Origin: Cycas panzhihuaensis
Lineage: Eukaryota; Plantae; Cycadophyta
Assembly: GCA_023213395.1 (NCBI GenBank)
Contig: CM041465.1
Location: forward strand, 180,427,741 to 180,491,740
Reading direction: 5' to 3'
DNA: 64,000 bases
How positions within the stretch are numbered: position 1 is the first letter of the stretch; each line of letters begins with the position of its first letter. A program made the translations under genes and the position numbers. The notes beneath the pieces are model-generated. The model did no database searches and was not told the DNA's origin. It saw nothing but the letters and a program-made list of their open reading frames with translations. This document shows, piece by piece, positions 13,301 to 26,097 of this stretch.

Positions 13301-14655
13301 AATAGAAAAGGTTTCCTCTCCCAAGGAAAATACATCAATAATCTTCTAACCAAGTTTCAGTTAGAAGATGCTCAACTAGTGATTTTACCTATGGATCCTA
13401 ATACCAAACTCTCAACTAAAGGTACACTAGGGAGATAGACATAACACTCTACATGAAACTTGTAGTAGTCTCATCTACTCTACCAATACAAGGCCAGATA
13501 TTACACACTCTATCGGCATTCTTGCTTGTTACATGATAAATCCTAAGTAGAATCACTGGTAGGTAGTAGTGCGAGTGTTGAGATACCTTAAGATGACTAA
13601 TAAATATGGTCTATTATATGAACCTAATTTAGACTTCAAGCTTTCTACATACACAAACTTAGAATTTATAGGAGATAAAGATACAAGAAGATCTATGTCC
13701 AACTATATAACATTTCTTAGAAAAGCACCAATGTCATGGAGATCCAGACGACAAAAGATAGTTGTAGATTCAATTACTGAAGTTGAATATTACTTTTGAG
13801 ACTAGTAAGGAGGTGATATAGCTTAGAAAATTATTAGAAACATTGAATATCATCTAAATAGTCCCTACTGGTCTTCATATGGATAATCAATCAGCAATCA
13901 ACATGGCAAAAAATCTTGTATTTCATGATCGTACTAAACACATAAGTACAAAAGTCCATAGGATTAGAGAACTTATTCACGATGATATAATTCAACTAGA
14001 ATACTACCCCACAGCAAATCAAGTGGCCAATATCTTCACTAAGCCACTACAAGAGGTAAAGTTTGAATAGTTCCAAAGGTAGCTCAGCCTTAAGGCCTTC
14101 ATCTTCGATTGATCAAAGAAGATAGCAATAGGATCATCATACTCTATTCTCTTCGTGAAAACCCCTTGTGGGCACCAAAGAATAAGATTAAATCTCTACT
14201 CTATCCTATTTGTAAAAACCCCATGTGGGCACAGAAGGATAAGGGTTATACTAGTTTTAAAAAATCAGAACCTGTGAAAATCTAAAAGGGCATAGGGGAT
14301 GACTAAATGATATATGGAGACTTAGCAGATTAAGCTGCATATTTAAGCTACTTGGCTATCAAGCTACATCAAAGAGCCACCTTAGCTATTTTGATTTATA
14401 AAGGGGCTATAAATCTTAAAATGTATATGGGTTTTTATTCCCCATAAGGGTTTTCCTACAAAAGCGTCATTTAGAATTTCAATGTAATAATGAGGCTCAA
14501 ATGAAGATCTCATAGACTAGATTTTTTCAAAATGACCTTCCACCATTAAGGGGAGGGGATTGAAAGAGGTTAATGTATCAAGGTCATTTGTATAGATTAA
14601 ATATGTGACCTTAGGATGTATTGTTAGCATTAGTCTCTTAATAAAATGCACTTAT
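7337..14655 (+). mobile_element. Ty1/copia element 1 inserted in the 5' LTR of C; 3' LTR truncated
   Basis: 5' LTR 7337-7647 (tgaaag..ttca), PBS tggtattagagc 7650-7661, ~1.9 kb leader, gag-pol remnant, PPT aaggggagggga before 14561, first 95 bp of 3' LTR at 14561-14655. Confidence 0.93.
9602..14112 (+). pseudogene. pol: Copia 1 gag-pol polyprotein remnant (GAG, zinc knuckle, PROT, INT, RT, RNase H) with many stops
   Basis: CDQCNHKGHLTKDY knuckle; WIMDIGATQHM protease; VHSYLCRPM..YYISFIDDFIRKVWV integrase; EEPLTYQEA..WELVDLPLGKKIVQNKWVFK RT; DNQSAINMAKNLVFHDRTKHI..QVANIFTKPL RNase H. Order PROT-INT-RT-RH. Confidence 0.95.
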
Positions 14656-17600
14656 CATAGATTGAGTCTATTATTTTTAGGGTTGTGTAGGAGTCTATGT
14701 TAGGTTATGTTAGTTTACTTGAGTGGGTTTAGTTGATTAGGATGGGCATGTAGTTATGTAGGAGTTTAGGCACTTATGCTTGATCAATACACCTCACATC
14801 ATAAGGGTTTTTTTATCTGATCTTTGGTTGTTCTAAGGATGTTAGTTATTTATTTGATTAATATTATCTCAAGCTTTATAGTTAGTTTATAATTCACTTT
14901 CTTGGTCGATGCACTATTGCCTCATCTATTGCATATTTTAGTTATTAGTTAGTTTTGGTTCTCCTTTCAATTTCTCTTTTATTTTCCTCTTTCTTTATCA
15001 TGTCATATATACTTGCATGTTGCTCTTAGTCAACCTAACAAACACATAATCTATTGTCGCCACATCTATGTATAAGAGACAGATGAGCACCATATGGAGT
15101 GTGTATGCTCACACCCCTCCCTACTTAGATCCCTCCTCATTCTTCAGGTCCATCTTAGGGTTGTGCATGTACATCCTCTCCTCCTACATATTTACATTCA
15201 GTAGTGACCATAGTAGGGACTCACCTATAGGGTGTTAGCTTTGCATTGTGTTATTAGCTCCTCCCTCCTCTTTGTTTGGGCCCTTTGTTTAGGGAAAGGC
15301 TCTTACAAATCTGTGATCTTTTTATGTGAGGATCCCTCACCCTTTTCTTGTAACTTTAGAGTTTTAGAACACATTGATCTTTAGGTAAATCTTGGATCCT
15401 CACCATTTTCACATATCTTAATGGTGAAGTAACCTTATCCATCTTAGGTCATTGCCCTCCTTTATGCCCCACATATGGTTGGCCCTTTCCCTTAACCATT
15501 GCCACCTTCCTATTTTTTCCCTGACTAGCCATTGACCCAAGGGCCTTATCCCTTCATTACCTAGCCTTTTGAGGCATGGATAAACCCCATTATCCTATCC
15601 TTACCCCATCCCTTATCCCAGTTCCCCATAGCCTATGGTACCTTGAGTCCCATCCTACAACTTACTCAGGTTGTGGCTTAGCCATGTCTTTACCCTATAT
15701 TCCACCTAACTATATCCCTGAGTAATAGGAGCAAGTTAGACCTTAGCTCCACACTGCTTGCAATGTGGATTACCTCCATCCATTTGGGGTTGCTCCTCTA
15801 GTTGAGAGCCCATATGGCTAAAATCCACTTCCTCATCCATAATATTATGCCTCTCCTATCTCATCTATCTAACAACCCTAACAGACCATGCCTCTTTTAT
15901 CCTACTAGGCCTAATAAGGCTAACCTACTTCTAATACCCTAAACATAAGTCTTCCCTAGGGAATTACTATGTAAAGGGGCATCCCTTACAAAGCCTAAAT
16001 CACCACCAATATATGAAATGTCCTAATTAATTTGTTCTAGCTCCTCCTACCTAGTTATATCCCTATGGAAACCTTAGCTTTTGAGAAACGACCCTTTATG
16101 TAGCAACCTCACACTCTAATATGGAAATCCTACACTAAGTTGGGATAATCCACTAGCCAATCATACAACCTATTTTTAATAAAGAAGAAAAATATAAAGA
16201 CGGCCTTTTATTCTAAGATGAAGTGACCAAGTTTAATCAAGACCCCACTTCTCTTGAGTTAAGCATAACCCCCTTTGCACCCACAAACATAGGACATTAT
16301 GCTTATCTTAGTGTCCCTAGTATTCCTAAATATGATAATGAGTACATCTCTATGTAAATAATGGGAATGAGTAATTCTGTTTGTAATAATCCTATATCTA
16401 GCTAGAGCAATTCCTTTAACTACCTCTACCTCAAACTTCTCATACATCTCACTTTAATCTTGATCCTTTTATATTAGATGATGAACTTATTACTGGTGAT
16501 TCCCACCTAATTCCTTAAAATAAATCTTTGATCTTTCTCTTCTTCTTGATCCATTTACAAATCCACTCAAGTCTCATTTCTAAGATATTAAATCTCCATA
16601 ATAGGATGATTCTTTGGAAGGATCCTAAAAAATCATAGATTGGGGGCATGACGATGGTCTTAATCCCTCTCTCATACCCTAGGGTAAAGTCACACTAGTT
16701 ATGGATAACCATCACCTTGAGAATAATGAAGCAATAACCTCACCTCTAACTAGGGTAATCCCCCATCCATTTTCATTTTATTAGGCCTACTAGTAAGGAC
16801 AACTACCCTATGGTAGTGTGCCCAAAGGTGTAATGTTGCATCTCTATGAGGCACTACCTCAACACTTGGTAAAAATTGCCCAAAAATTCCCTCCAAGTTA
16901 TTAGTCACCAATGAGGTTAAACTATGATGATCTTACTTTAAACAAAAGCTTCCTAGAGGGTAACAACCTCCTAAGAAAAAAAAACTTTGAAGACCAAGAG
17001 TCACTACCTCAACACTTGATGGAAGTAGCCCAAAAATTCTTTTTAAACCACTAATCACTAATGAGGTTAAATAATTGTAATCCCATCTTTGATACAACTC
17101 CATAATACATCAAGCTTTTCAAAGAATTCTATGATGTACTAAAACTTCCAAAAAATCAATCATTAAGAAAGGTAAATCATGGCAACCCCACCTATAGTAT
17201 AAAAGTACTACCTACCCTTCTCCTAAGTCATGCACTTAGGAGCACTACACTCCATAATGAGTCTAAACTAATAAAGCCCATCTATGAGTTTAAATTAGAA
17301 CCAACATCTCTTGATACTCTAAATAAGAGTATAAATTGTAATTTCCCCTTGTTTACACACTTGGGGGCATTATATCCTTTGTCAATTATAAACTAATTAT
17401 GCTCTAAAATGAGATTAAACTACTTATCACTTAAAAATAGCCTAAACTACTTATCACTTTGAAGTGAGCCTAAATTATAATCTTTAAATGTGCTATGATG
17501 TCTCATGCTTATCATGGTATATTAATCTTTTGTGCCTATCATGGAACCTGATGCTCTATCACGAGCATAACTCCCCTTTTGATTAAACCCCATGGGGGCA

Positions 17601-18462
17601 TGATTCTCCTTCATAAGCATAAATCAACCCATACTCCATCATGAATATAAGCTCTCACTTATGAATATTATTCTTAAAAAATATATATATAAAAATAATA
17701 AAAGTAAAAAATAAAACCCCTTTTTTTAAACTCAAAAATCATCATTCGTAAAGACTTTTTATTTTATTAGACTCTAAAATAAAGGATAAACTAATTTTTT
17801 AATTCTATTATAGGCAACTATGTGTGATTTGTATTATGTTTCCTTGATATCCCTTATGCTTGATCATAAAATATCCTATAAACCATTATAATAAAACTTT
17901 AGACAAGTTAATAAATATATTATGACCAACTTCCAACTAGATCAACTTATTAGTAGATAGTACACTACCAAAACTGGTTAAATTTAGTAAAAAATCAAAA
18001 AAACTGAGTAGAATATAGCATCCTACAGAGTTTTCTATGAATCTCATAGCCAATAAGGTGTATTATAGAGTTCTTAGTGATGGAATATTAGTAATGTATA
18101 TTTGTTTTATCCCACATGCAAATGAGTCCCACTCTCACTATTATGTCATGTATTATAAATACACACATAGTGTATCATATTAAGTATCTGTTGTAAGGAT
18201 GTTTTGAATGATGTTAATACAATTTGAGGTACCTTAGGGGTACTGTTCGATCCTGAAGGTGTTTTTATTCTATTTTGTGAATATTATCTTATTGCAGGTT
18301 CTATTTTCTAACATGGTATCAGAGCTATAAGGTGGAGCAAGACCAATTTATTATAAGTTCATTATCGTTGAGGTTGTGTGAGGTGACTCTATTTGTAGGT
18401 GTACCAATTTAGTTGGTGAAATCCTAGTTTTGTTGGTGTATAAGGATGTGATTGTCAGTTTT

Positions 18463-20727
18463 TGAAGGAAAATATATACTAGCAAGGAGAACAGGGCAGA
18501 ACATATATTAAATAACCATAAACCAGTATTGCATCAATGTATCAATGTATCACAATCACAATAGTATAAACACATGAAAGCCTTGTTGTTCAATCCATTG
18601 TAGTAGAAATGAGCATTACAAATCTCCTCAAAGGTAGGCGGTGTCTAAAGACACCAGGGTTGTACACCCCATAATATAAATAGTTTTGGGGGAGGAGGGA
18701 AACTCCTCAACCCCTGAATTTAAAATAATAATAAAATTATATTCACTTAACTCAAATGAAACTAACTCAACTTACTTTAACTTACCTTGACATGTTGAGC
18801 ATCACATGTCTAAATTGAGGTGCACAATCCTGGTAGGTAAGAGGGAGTTGAGTGATGACATTATACTCTAACATTCTCCCCCTTAATGTCAGCATGAACA
18901 CTTGTATCTTTTCCTTGAACTTATGGAACTGGTATTTGAAAAAAAATTTGAAATTCTGATCTTGATCTTTATCAACTCTTCTCATCCTTATAGTCACATA
19001 TGTCTCTTTATCATGGAATGATGTAGAAAAACTATAAGTAGATGAAACTTGATATAAATGTAGATGAATAGCTGTAATTTTGATTTTGTCAACTGGAACA
19101 TTAAGAAGGCTTTGAACTTGAACTTTTGTAATCTTTATGCTTTAAACAGTTGTCATATCATTAGGTTCATTCTTTGTCATATCATCAGATTCATTCTTCG
19201 TTATGTCATAAGATTCATCTTCATGCTCCCCCTCAAATGGAGGATCAAATCCTTATGCAACAAGGTGGTCTTGCATTTGATCTAAATCCTCATGGTTGTT
19301 GTCATCATGATCTATACGTTACATTACATCTCATATGCTCACCAAAAATTTCATCAAATATATTGGGGGTATCTCCCCCATAAATGGAAATCAATAAATC
19401 CCAAACAGACTTAGATGTTGTTAATTCAGAAACTAGTGAAAAAACATCATCAGTCATAGTGCAAAATAATAAACCTAAAACTTTATTATCTTTTCTAAAA
19501 TTTTCTTTAATGCTAAGGTCATATTCATGTTGTAAATACTTTAAAAGATCATGTTCAATAAAGTAAGTTTACATGGTGTCATACCATAGTGAAAAGTTAT
19601 GGCCATCAAAAATAGGGAATTGTGTCATTTTGAAAGTAATGTAATCAATAAGAAAATAATGATGCATTTGAAAGCAAACTTAAAAAATCTTTTTCACTTA
19701 TGCAAAACTAAAACAAACTCTTAAGAATGAAATATAAAGAGTTTTCAAAAATACCAATTTCTCAAATGAGTAAATGTAAATCTTCAATGTAAGAAAAACT
19801 TTCCCTTTTTGTATAAAAATAACTTTTCTTTGAGAAAAAAAAATATATTACCTTATGAACAAATGCTGGTTTGAAATAGCTTAAAAGCTTGTAGAAAGAT
19901 CAAGTAGAAACCTTGAGTTAAACAATGAGATATAAACTAGAATTTTCTTAAAAAGTTTGAAAAAAGATAAGCTTATTAGGATGTACTTATATGCTCAACT
20001 CTAACAGCTTGAAAACTATACTGAATAATGTCAGAATAACTTAAAATTCTACCAATATATAGATCAATAAGGTGTAAATCCAATGAAACTAACGGTTTTA
20101 AAAACGGGTACCAATAAATCATGATTTGAATGATGCAAAGGTATAGACCTCTTTATGGGGCCTAACAGGAGAAGGGTAGTCAAAATTGCATAAAATTACT
20201 AATTAACTTTTAAAAAATGTTGAAAAATGGAGCAAAATAGTGATGGAAAAATAATGGACCAAAACTATGCTCTGATACCAAATGTAGGAAAAATAGTGGA
20301 CCAAAACTATGATCTGATACCAAATGAAGGAAAATATATACTAGCAAGGAGAACAGGGAAAAACATATATCAAATAACCATAAACCAATATTGTATCAAT
20401 GTATCATAATCACAATAGCATAAACACATGAAAGCCTTATTGTTCAATCCATTATAGTAGAAATGAGCATTACAAATCTCCTCAAAGGTAGGTGGTGTCT
20501 AAAGACACTAGGGTTGTACACCCCATAATATAAATAGTTTTGGGGGAGGAGGGAAACTCCTCAACCCCTAAATTCAAAATAATAATAAAATAATATTCAC
20601 TTAACTCAAATGAAACTAACTCAACTTACCTTAACTTACCTTGACATGTTGATCATCATATGTCTAAATTGAGGTGCACAATCCTGGTAGGTAAGAGGGA
20701 GTTGAGTGATGACATTACACTCTAACC
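18463..20727 (-). mobile_element. Non-autonomous copia-derived element E (2.26 kb) nested in D
   Basis: LTRs 18463-18873 and 20325-20727 (~18 substitutions plus an 8-bp indel). Perfect TSD GTTTT (18458-18462, 20728-20732). PBS copies at 20269-20280 and 20311-20322. PPT rc aagggggagaa at 18874-18884. Gag-start remnant MTQFPIFDGHNFSLWYDTM*TYFIEHDL at ~19510-19628. Confidence 0.93.
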
Positions 20728-21313
20728 GTTTTCTAATATTATTCATGATTTCATTCATGGGTCGTGTGAGAGACTTCCCTGCCATTGTTTTATATATTAT
20801 TCACTATTTCTATGTTTTGATCACTTGTTCAGTCACTCATGGATTATTATCTCTATGCAGAGGAGGAAAGAGGAACAAAAAGCCATATAAGAGATCAAAA
20901 TCTTACCAAGAATTTTAGAGCAGTGGAGCAAGGCCGATTCCAATTCTATTTCACTATGTATTGAATCTCTAAAATTTCATTTCGATATCGCTAACTAAAA
21001 TCAATTCAACTAAATTAGTTTGTTTTAAATAATAAGTTATTGTAATCATGCAGAGCTATTTACAGTGATAATAAGAGTCAAGCTGAGCTGAATTGAGAGA
21101 TGAATCATAGAGGAATATATGTAGATAGCATATAGATTGTAGTCCATGCAAATACCCTAATTGGATAACCATTTCTTCATTGAATAAACTCATAGATCTG
21201 CGTAGTGATAAGTCACCATTGATATTTATAGGCTGCATGATGAAGTCGCCAATATTTTAATCATCATCGGTGTTACTGATATATGGTATGTTGGGTTAAT
21301 ATATTTTGATTTT

Positions 21314-21427
<114 letters not shown>

Positions 21428-22050
21428 CGCTCGTGTTAATATGGAGCCACACCCATTATCTTTCATACTTTTGGATTAATGTTTAATATCAAGTTTTTCC
21501 TTTTGATTAATGTATAATAATGAGTGGTGTTAATTTATATTAAATTGGCCATTATATCATTGGTGTAATTTATTTTGGTTGATATATTAATTATCTTTAT
21601 TAAGTGATGGTTTATTTAAGATGGATAAGATGGGTGAGATTGGGCATACTTAAGGGTAAGATTAGACATGTTTGATGGTGTGTTTTCCGAATTGGTAAAG
21701 AAGGATGAGTTTTGTTGAAGATACCTGAGTTGTAGGGAAGCAAACCTTGTTGAATGGTGTAGTGACATGAGTTGTGTTTGGGCAATTAAGTGAAGTATGA
21801 TGTGTCTTGGTAATTTAATAGTGACGTGAGGTATGCATGATCTTTATGAGATATATGTGGTATAAGTATTGATTTAATGGTAAAGGAAGTGTTTTAGATA
21901 CTCGTTGTATGTGATTACTTAGCAATATGAGAAATGGACAAGGTAATGATATGATGATAAAATCAATGATATAAGGGACATAAGGCATGAGAAACTTTGT
22001 TAAGATTAATTGAGTTTGTTGATTGAAAAATAGGGACGCAATGTTAGGAG

Positions 22051-22767
22051 ATGACATTTACAATCATGGAGAATGATGTGGTCATACATGTCTACGAAAT
22101 AAATGAATATTACATAAAGGGTTTGTTTCTTCTGATACCTAAGTGTAATGGAGAAAACTATTTCTTTTGGATGATTAAAATAAGATGTTTTTTCATAGCT
22201 AGAGATTTGTGGAAGCTTGTTACTGATGGATATGATATCCCTAAGGATGAAGAAGAAAAGGAAATACTTGAGAAGAAAGACAAAAAAACATTTATCATGA
22301 TTCTTGCTATATTAAACAAGGTTGATCTTCCTTCTGCATATCATTTTATCATTTATAAGATTCAACATGCAAGTACTACTAAGGAAGCTTAAGATGTTTT
22401 AAAGGATATATTTGAACAAACTCTTGAAGAGATATAATGAATGGTTGAAAAGGTAAATAAGATCAGTGATAGTTATGATATAGGTAAGACCAATGAAGAG
22501 AATTTTATTGACACTGATGAAACGATATGTCAAGATGAAATTTCTATTGAATGTAAAGAAACTATAGTTGAATGTATTGATGAGACTACAATTACTACTG
22601 AAGACATTGAGAGTGATGGATTAATAAAGGCTTATTTATATGATACTATTATTTCAAGGGAAATTGAACATGAATCTGATGGTCCTATAGAAGATGAGTC
22701 TCATATTGATTCAAATATGAATGATGTTCCTTATTTAAGCATTAATTCAAGTTTAAAGAGTATGTAA
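22051..22767 (+). pseudogene. gag: Copia gag N-terminal remnant (DUF4219/UBN2-like) followed by an acidic tail in element D
   Basis: IPKCNGENYFFWMIKIRCFFIARDLWKLVTDGY..KKDKK..IQHASTTKEA*, then a D/E-rich ORF at 22441-22767. Confidence 0.85.
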
Positions 22768-24572
22768 GCTGATCAAGATTCCACTCCAAAGGTTGAAGAA
22801 ATCATTGTTATACATGGTGATCAAGAAATTATATAGGATAATAATGACAAGCAAGTTATATTTAAAGATGGTTACTTACAAGATCTACATCAAAATCAGA
22901 CTAGATCAACCACAATGAAGAATTGGGATTTACACTTTCTAGAGTTGCTACAACAAAAGTATCAGTATAGAATTGAAGATGAAAATCAAGTTGAAGACAC
23001 CATTCTATAACAAAGACATCACTACAAGATTGAAGACAAGGATTAAGTTGAAGACATCATCTTCAAGACATTTCTAAGGATAAGGAATTGCAAATACAGA
23101 TAACCTAAATGTACATTAAGGGGGAGTGTTGGAATATTACTAATGTATATATGTTTTATCCCACATGCAAATGGGTCCCACTCTCACTATCATGTCATGT
23201 ATTATAAATACACACATAGTGTATCATATGAAGTATTTATTGTAAGGATGTTTTGAATGATATTAATACAATTTGAGGTACCTTAGGGGTATCATTCAAT
23301 CCTAAAGGTGTTTTTGTTTTGTTTTGCAAATATTATCTTATTGTAGGTTATGTTTTCTAATTAGTACGATTGTAGTTACAACAATGCTAACTAGGAGATT
23401 TAAAAAAAAGGGAAGAAAAATTAATTATAAAATTTCAAGAAATTTCTACCCATTCTAATGTTGGCCTATTTAAGATCATTAGGGCATTAAACTATCTTAA
23501 CTTAACTGTGAATTGGGGTTTGATCAAGGATCTATTTACTTAGAAAGTTCATGTAGGGCATCCCCCCTAAAATTATTTGCAAAGTGATTATTAACCATTA
23601 TTTTTACTATGTCAAATTATGCACCTATAGTGCTAACGTTTATTTAGAGGTGATCCTCCATTAGTAACTACCTATAGATCCCCTCACTATCTAACACCTA
23701 CCCTCTATAGGCTCTTCTACTAGTAGTTTTCTTTCTAGTTGCCTAGCCATTTACTAACTTGCAAAAGGTTGCCCTTGCCAATATATAACCCATAATCCTT
23801 ATACTAGCCTAATAACTTCATCATGCAATGTGTTTCCAAATAATAGTCCCACTTGATCATTGTTATAGTAGATGGCTTAGTTTATCATGGTAGCCTTTCC
23901 AGAGGCCTATTTTCATCCATTTCCTACATGAAAATACTAAGAGATAACTTGTATAAACTACCTAAGCTTTCCTAGTAGTTTGATCCTTACGACTTGGTTC
24001 TTAGGTCTTGTGTCATCTCACTTTATTAAATAATACTTTTATTTATTAGTTAACCTAGTCCCCTATAAGTTGGCTTATTACCATGGCATCTTTTCATACC
24101 CAAAAAATAAAATAGATATGAATACAAAAAAAAATTATGTATATATACACCCCCTATAAGAAAATGGATATAAAATAAAAAAATACAAAAAAAGTATTAT
24201 AAATTTGTACATAGACCTCTTTTCAACTTCTTAGCATCTAGGGAAAGCCACATGTTAGCTTTGCTTCCACCTATAATTCACAATTTAGGTCTAGATGTGT
24301 GGGTCATTTAGGAATTTTAGATCTGGTTGTTTGGGTCCACTATGGCCTTAATCATAATTGAAACCTACTTGACGCTTTGAGAGATAAAAATATATTTTTA
24401 AAATTTACTATGATAATGATATTAAGCCACTTATGGCAACTTTTTTTCAACCTATTTTGTAAATAGAGTGAGCATACAAACTTAAGACATAACCATGTTC
24501 AATTCCTACCTAATTCCCTTTATTCATTAATTTATCTCTGTGTTACTATTGTATTATCCCATAGTATTAATC

Positions 24573-24950
24573 ATTCACATTGACGAAGGTAGTTCTGGGA
24601 ACCTTGGCCTTTCTATTGTAGCTTAGACCATTTAAGACCAATTAGGATATGTCTTAACTCACACTGGAGTTTACTTACCTATAGTAACTAATAACATCAC
24701 TAAATACATTACTATCATTGAAGCCTTAATTGATGTAGTACAGGTCCATCATAACCCCATTTAACTATTGTTTGATTCTCAACTTATAGTTTGTTAGCTC
24801 ACTTAGGTCTATCATGATTATTATCCTCATTTATATGCTCTTACTAACCATGTTAGGTCACTTTTATCATAATTCTCATTAATTATAATCTAATACATCC
24901 CTAGAGGACATAACACTAAGATCAATCCACTTGTTGCTTTTATCCTTAAG
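24573..24950 (+). pseudogene. Archaeal-type RNase HI (aRH, RVT_3-like) remnant in the 3' internal region of element C
   Basis: Single-frame translation IHIDEGSSGNLGLS..TNNITKYITIIEAL..FDSQLIVC*L..YIPRGHNTKINPLVA matches the DGAS.GNPG / TNN.AEY / DSQLV / HIPR..N..AD.LA motifs. Confidence 0.82.
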
Positions 24951-26097
24951 CGTCATCTACCATAAGTAATTGATTCTCCTTAGGGTTATCGAGGCCACTA
25001 CAAAGTTGAGCCAATATGCCAATTTTCTCATCAATCCCCATTAGGTCTTTAAGATGAGGGTAAACTATTTGATGCTCCTCTAAGAGTTTAAATTAGACCT
25101 TTACTCCAAAATTAGCGTAAAATACCTTGTAAATTTGTAAATATTTAGCCTTATTGTGGCTTTCCAAAAGAGGCAACCCTTGTTCAACATCCCAAGTCTA
25201 GTTCTTTCCTATTTGTACCATTTATGTTTCATTAGTTTTCTTAGTTGATTTTCTTTACTCTCCTTCTTTCTCTAATATGTCATGGCATTAAAATAACAAA
25301 AAATATAAAAAAATAACAAAATTAAAAATACCCCAAAAATTATACTCCACCAAGAGCCTAAACTAGAACTAGTTTATAAATATCATTCCTACCAAGGTTA
25401 TTCAAAAGGTATAATCCCTAACATTCTCCTTTATGTAAACTTTCTTTCAGTGCATTTGTTTTAAGCCTTTATCCTTTTTCCCCCAGTTTGTCATTTCATT
25501 AAAAGAATAAATAAATAAAAAAAAGACATTACGAAATAATGAATGACCCAAAAAATTATAAAACCAAAAATAAAAAAATATAGTTCCAAGATAAGCCCAA
25601 ACAACTTCATCCTTAAAAAATAAATACTAATAAGGCTAATTTATGTGATCACCCTTGGCATTTAATCCTAACTTTTGGCTTCTAAGCCTAACTTTTAGCC
25701 TCCAAACCTAAATCAATTAGCTTTTTAGCCTAACCATTTTGAGTTATTGAGGCAACCCCTCAACCACCTAAGATTGCTCCAAAAAATAGTCTCTATAGAG
25801 GATAAATTATGGTGGCCTATTTATGTTCATCTAAGTTTGTCATAGCTATTAGCTCTTCTTGGTTTGAGTAGGCCTTCAACCAACCCCCACCCTAGTTAAC
25901 ACACCTCTGAAGTACTTATTGATAAGACTAAGCTAAGGGCAATATTTTTTGAGTACTTATTAAGGAGGCTAAACTATGGTAGACTGCCTTCCCCTTTTAT
26001 TTTGTCAAGCACATGCATAATATATATAGGATATTGTTGATAGCATTCGCTGTCTTACAACCATTGTCTAAAGAGGTTATGCTACTAAGGGTGCAAG

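Noticed and set aside
22441-22767. Acidic ORF as a captured host gene
   Set aside because: Low-complexity D/E/I/T sequence in frame with the gag remnant, with no recognisable domain.
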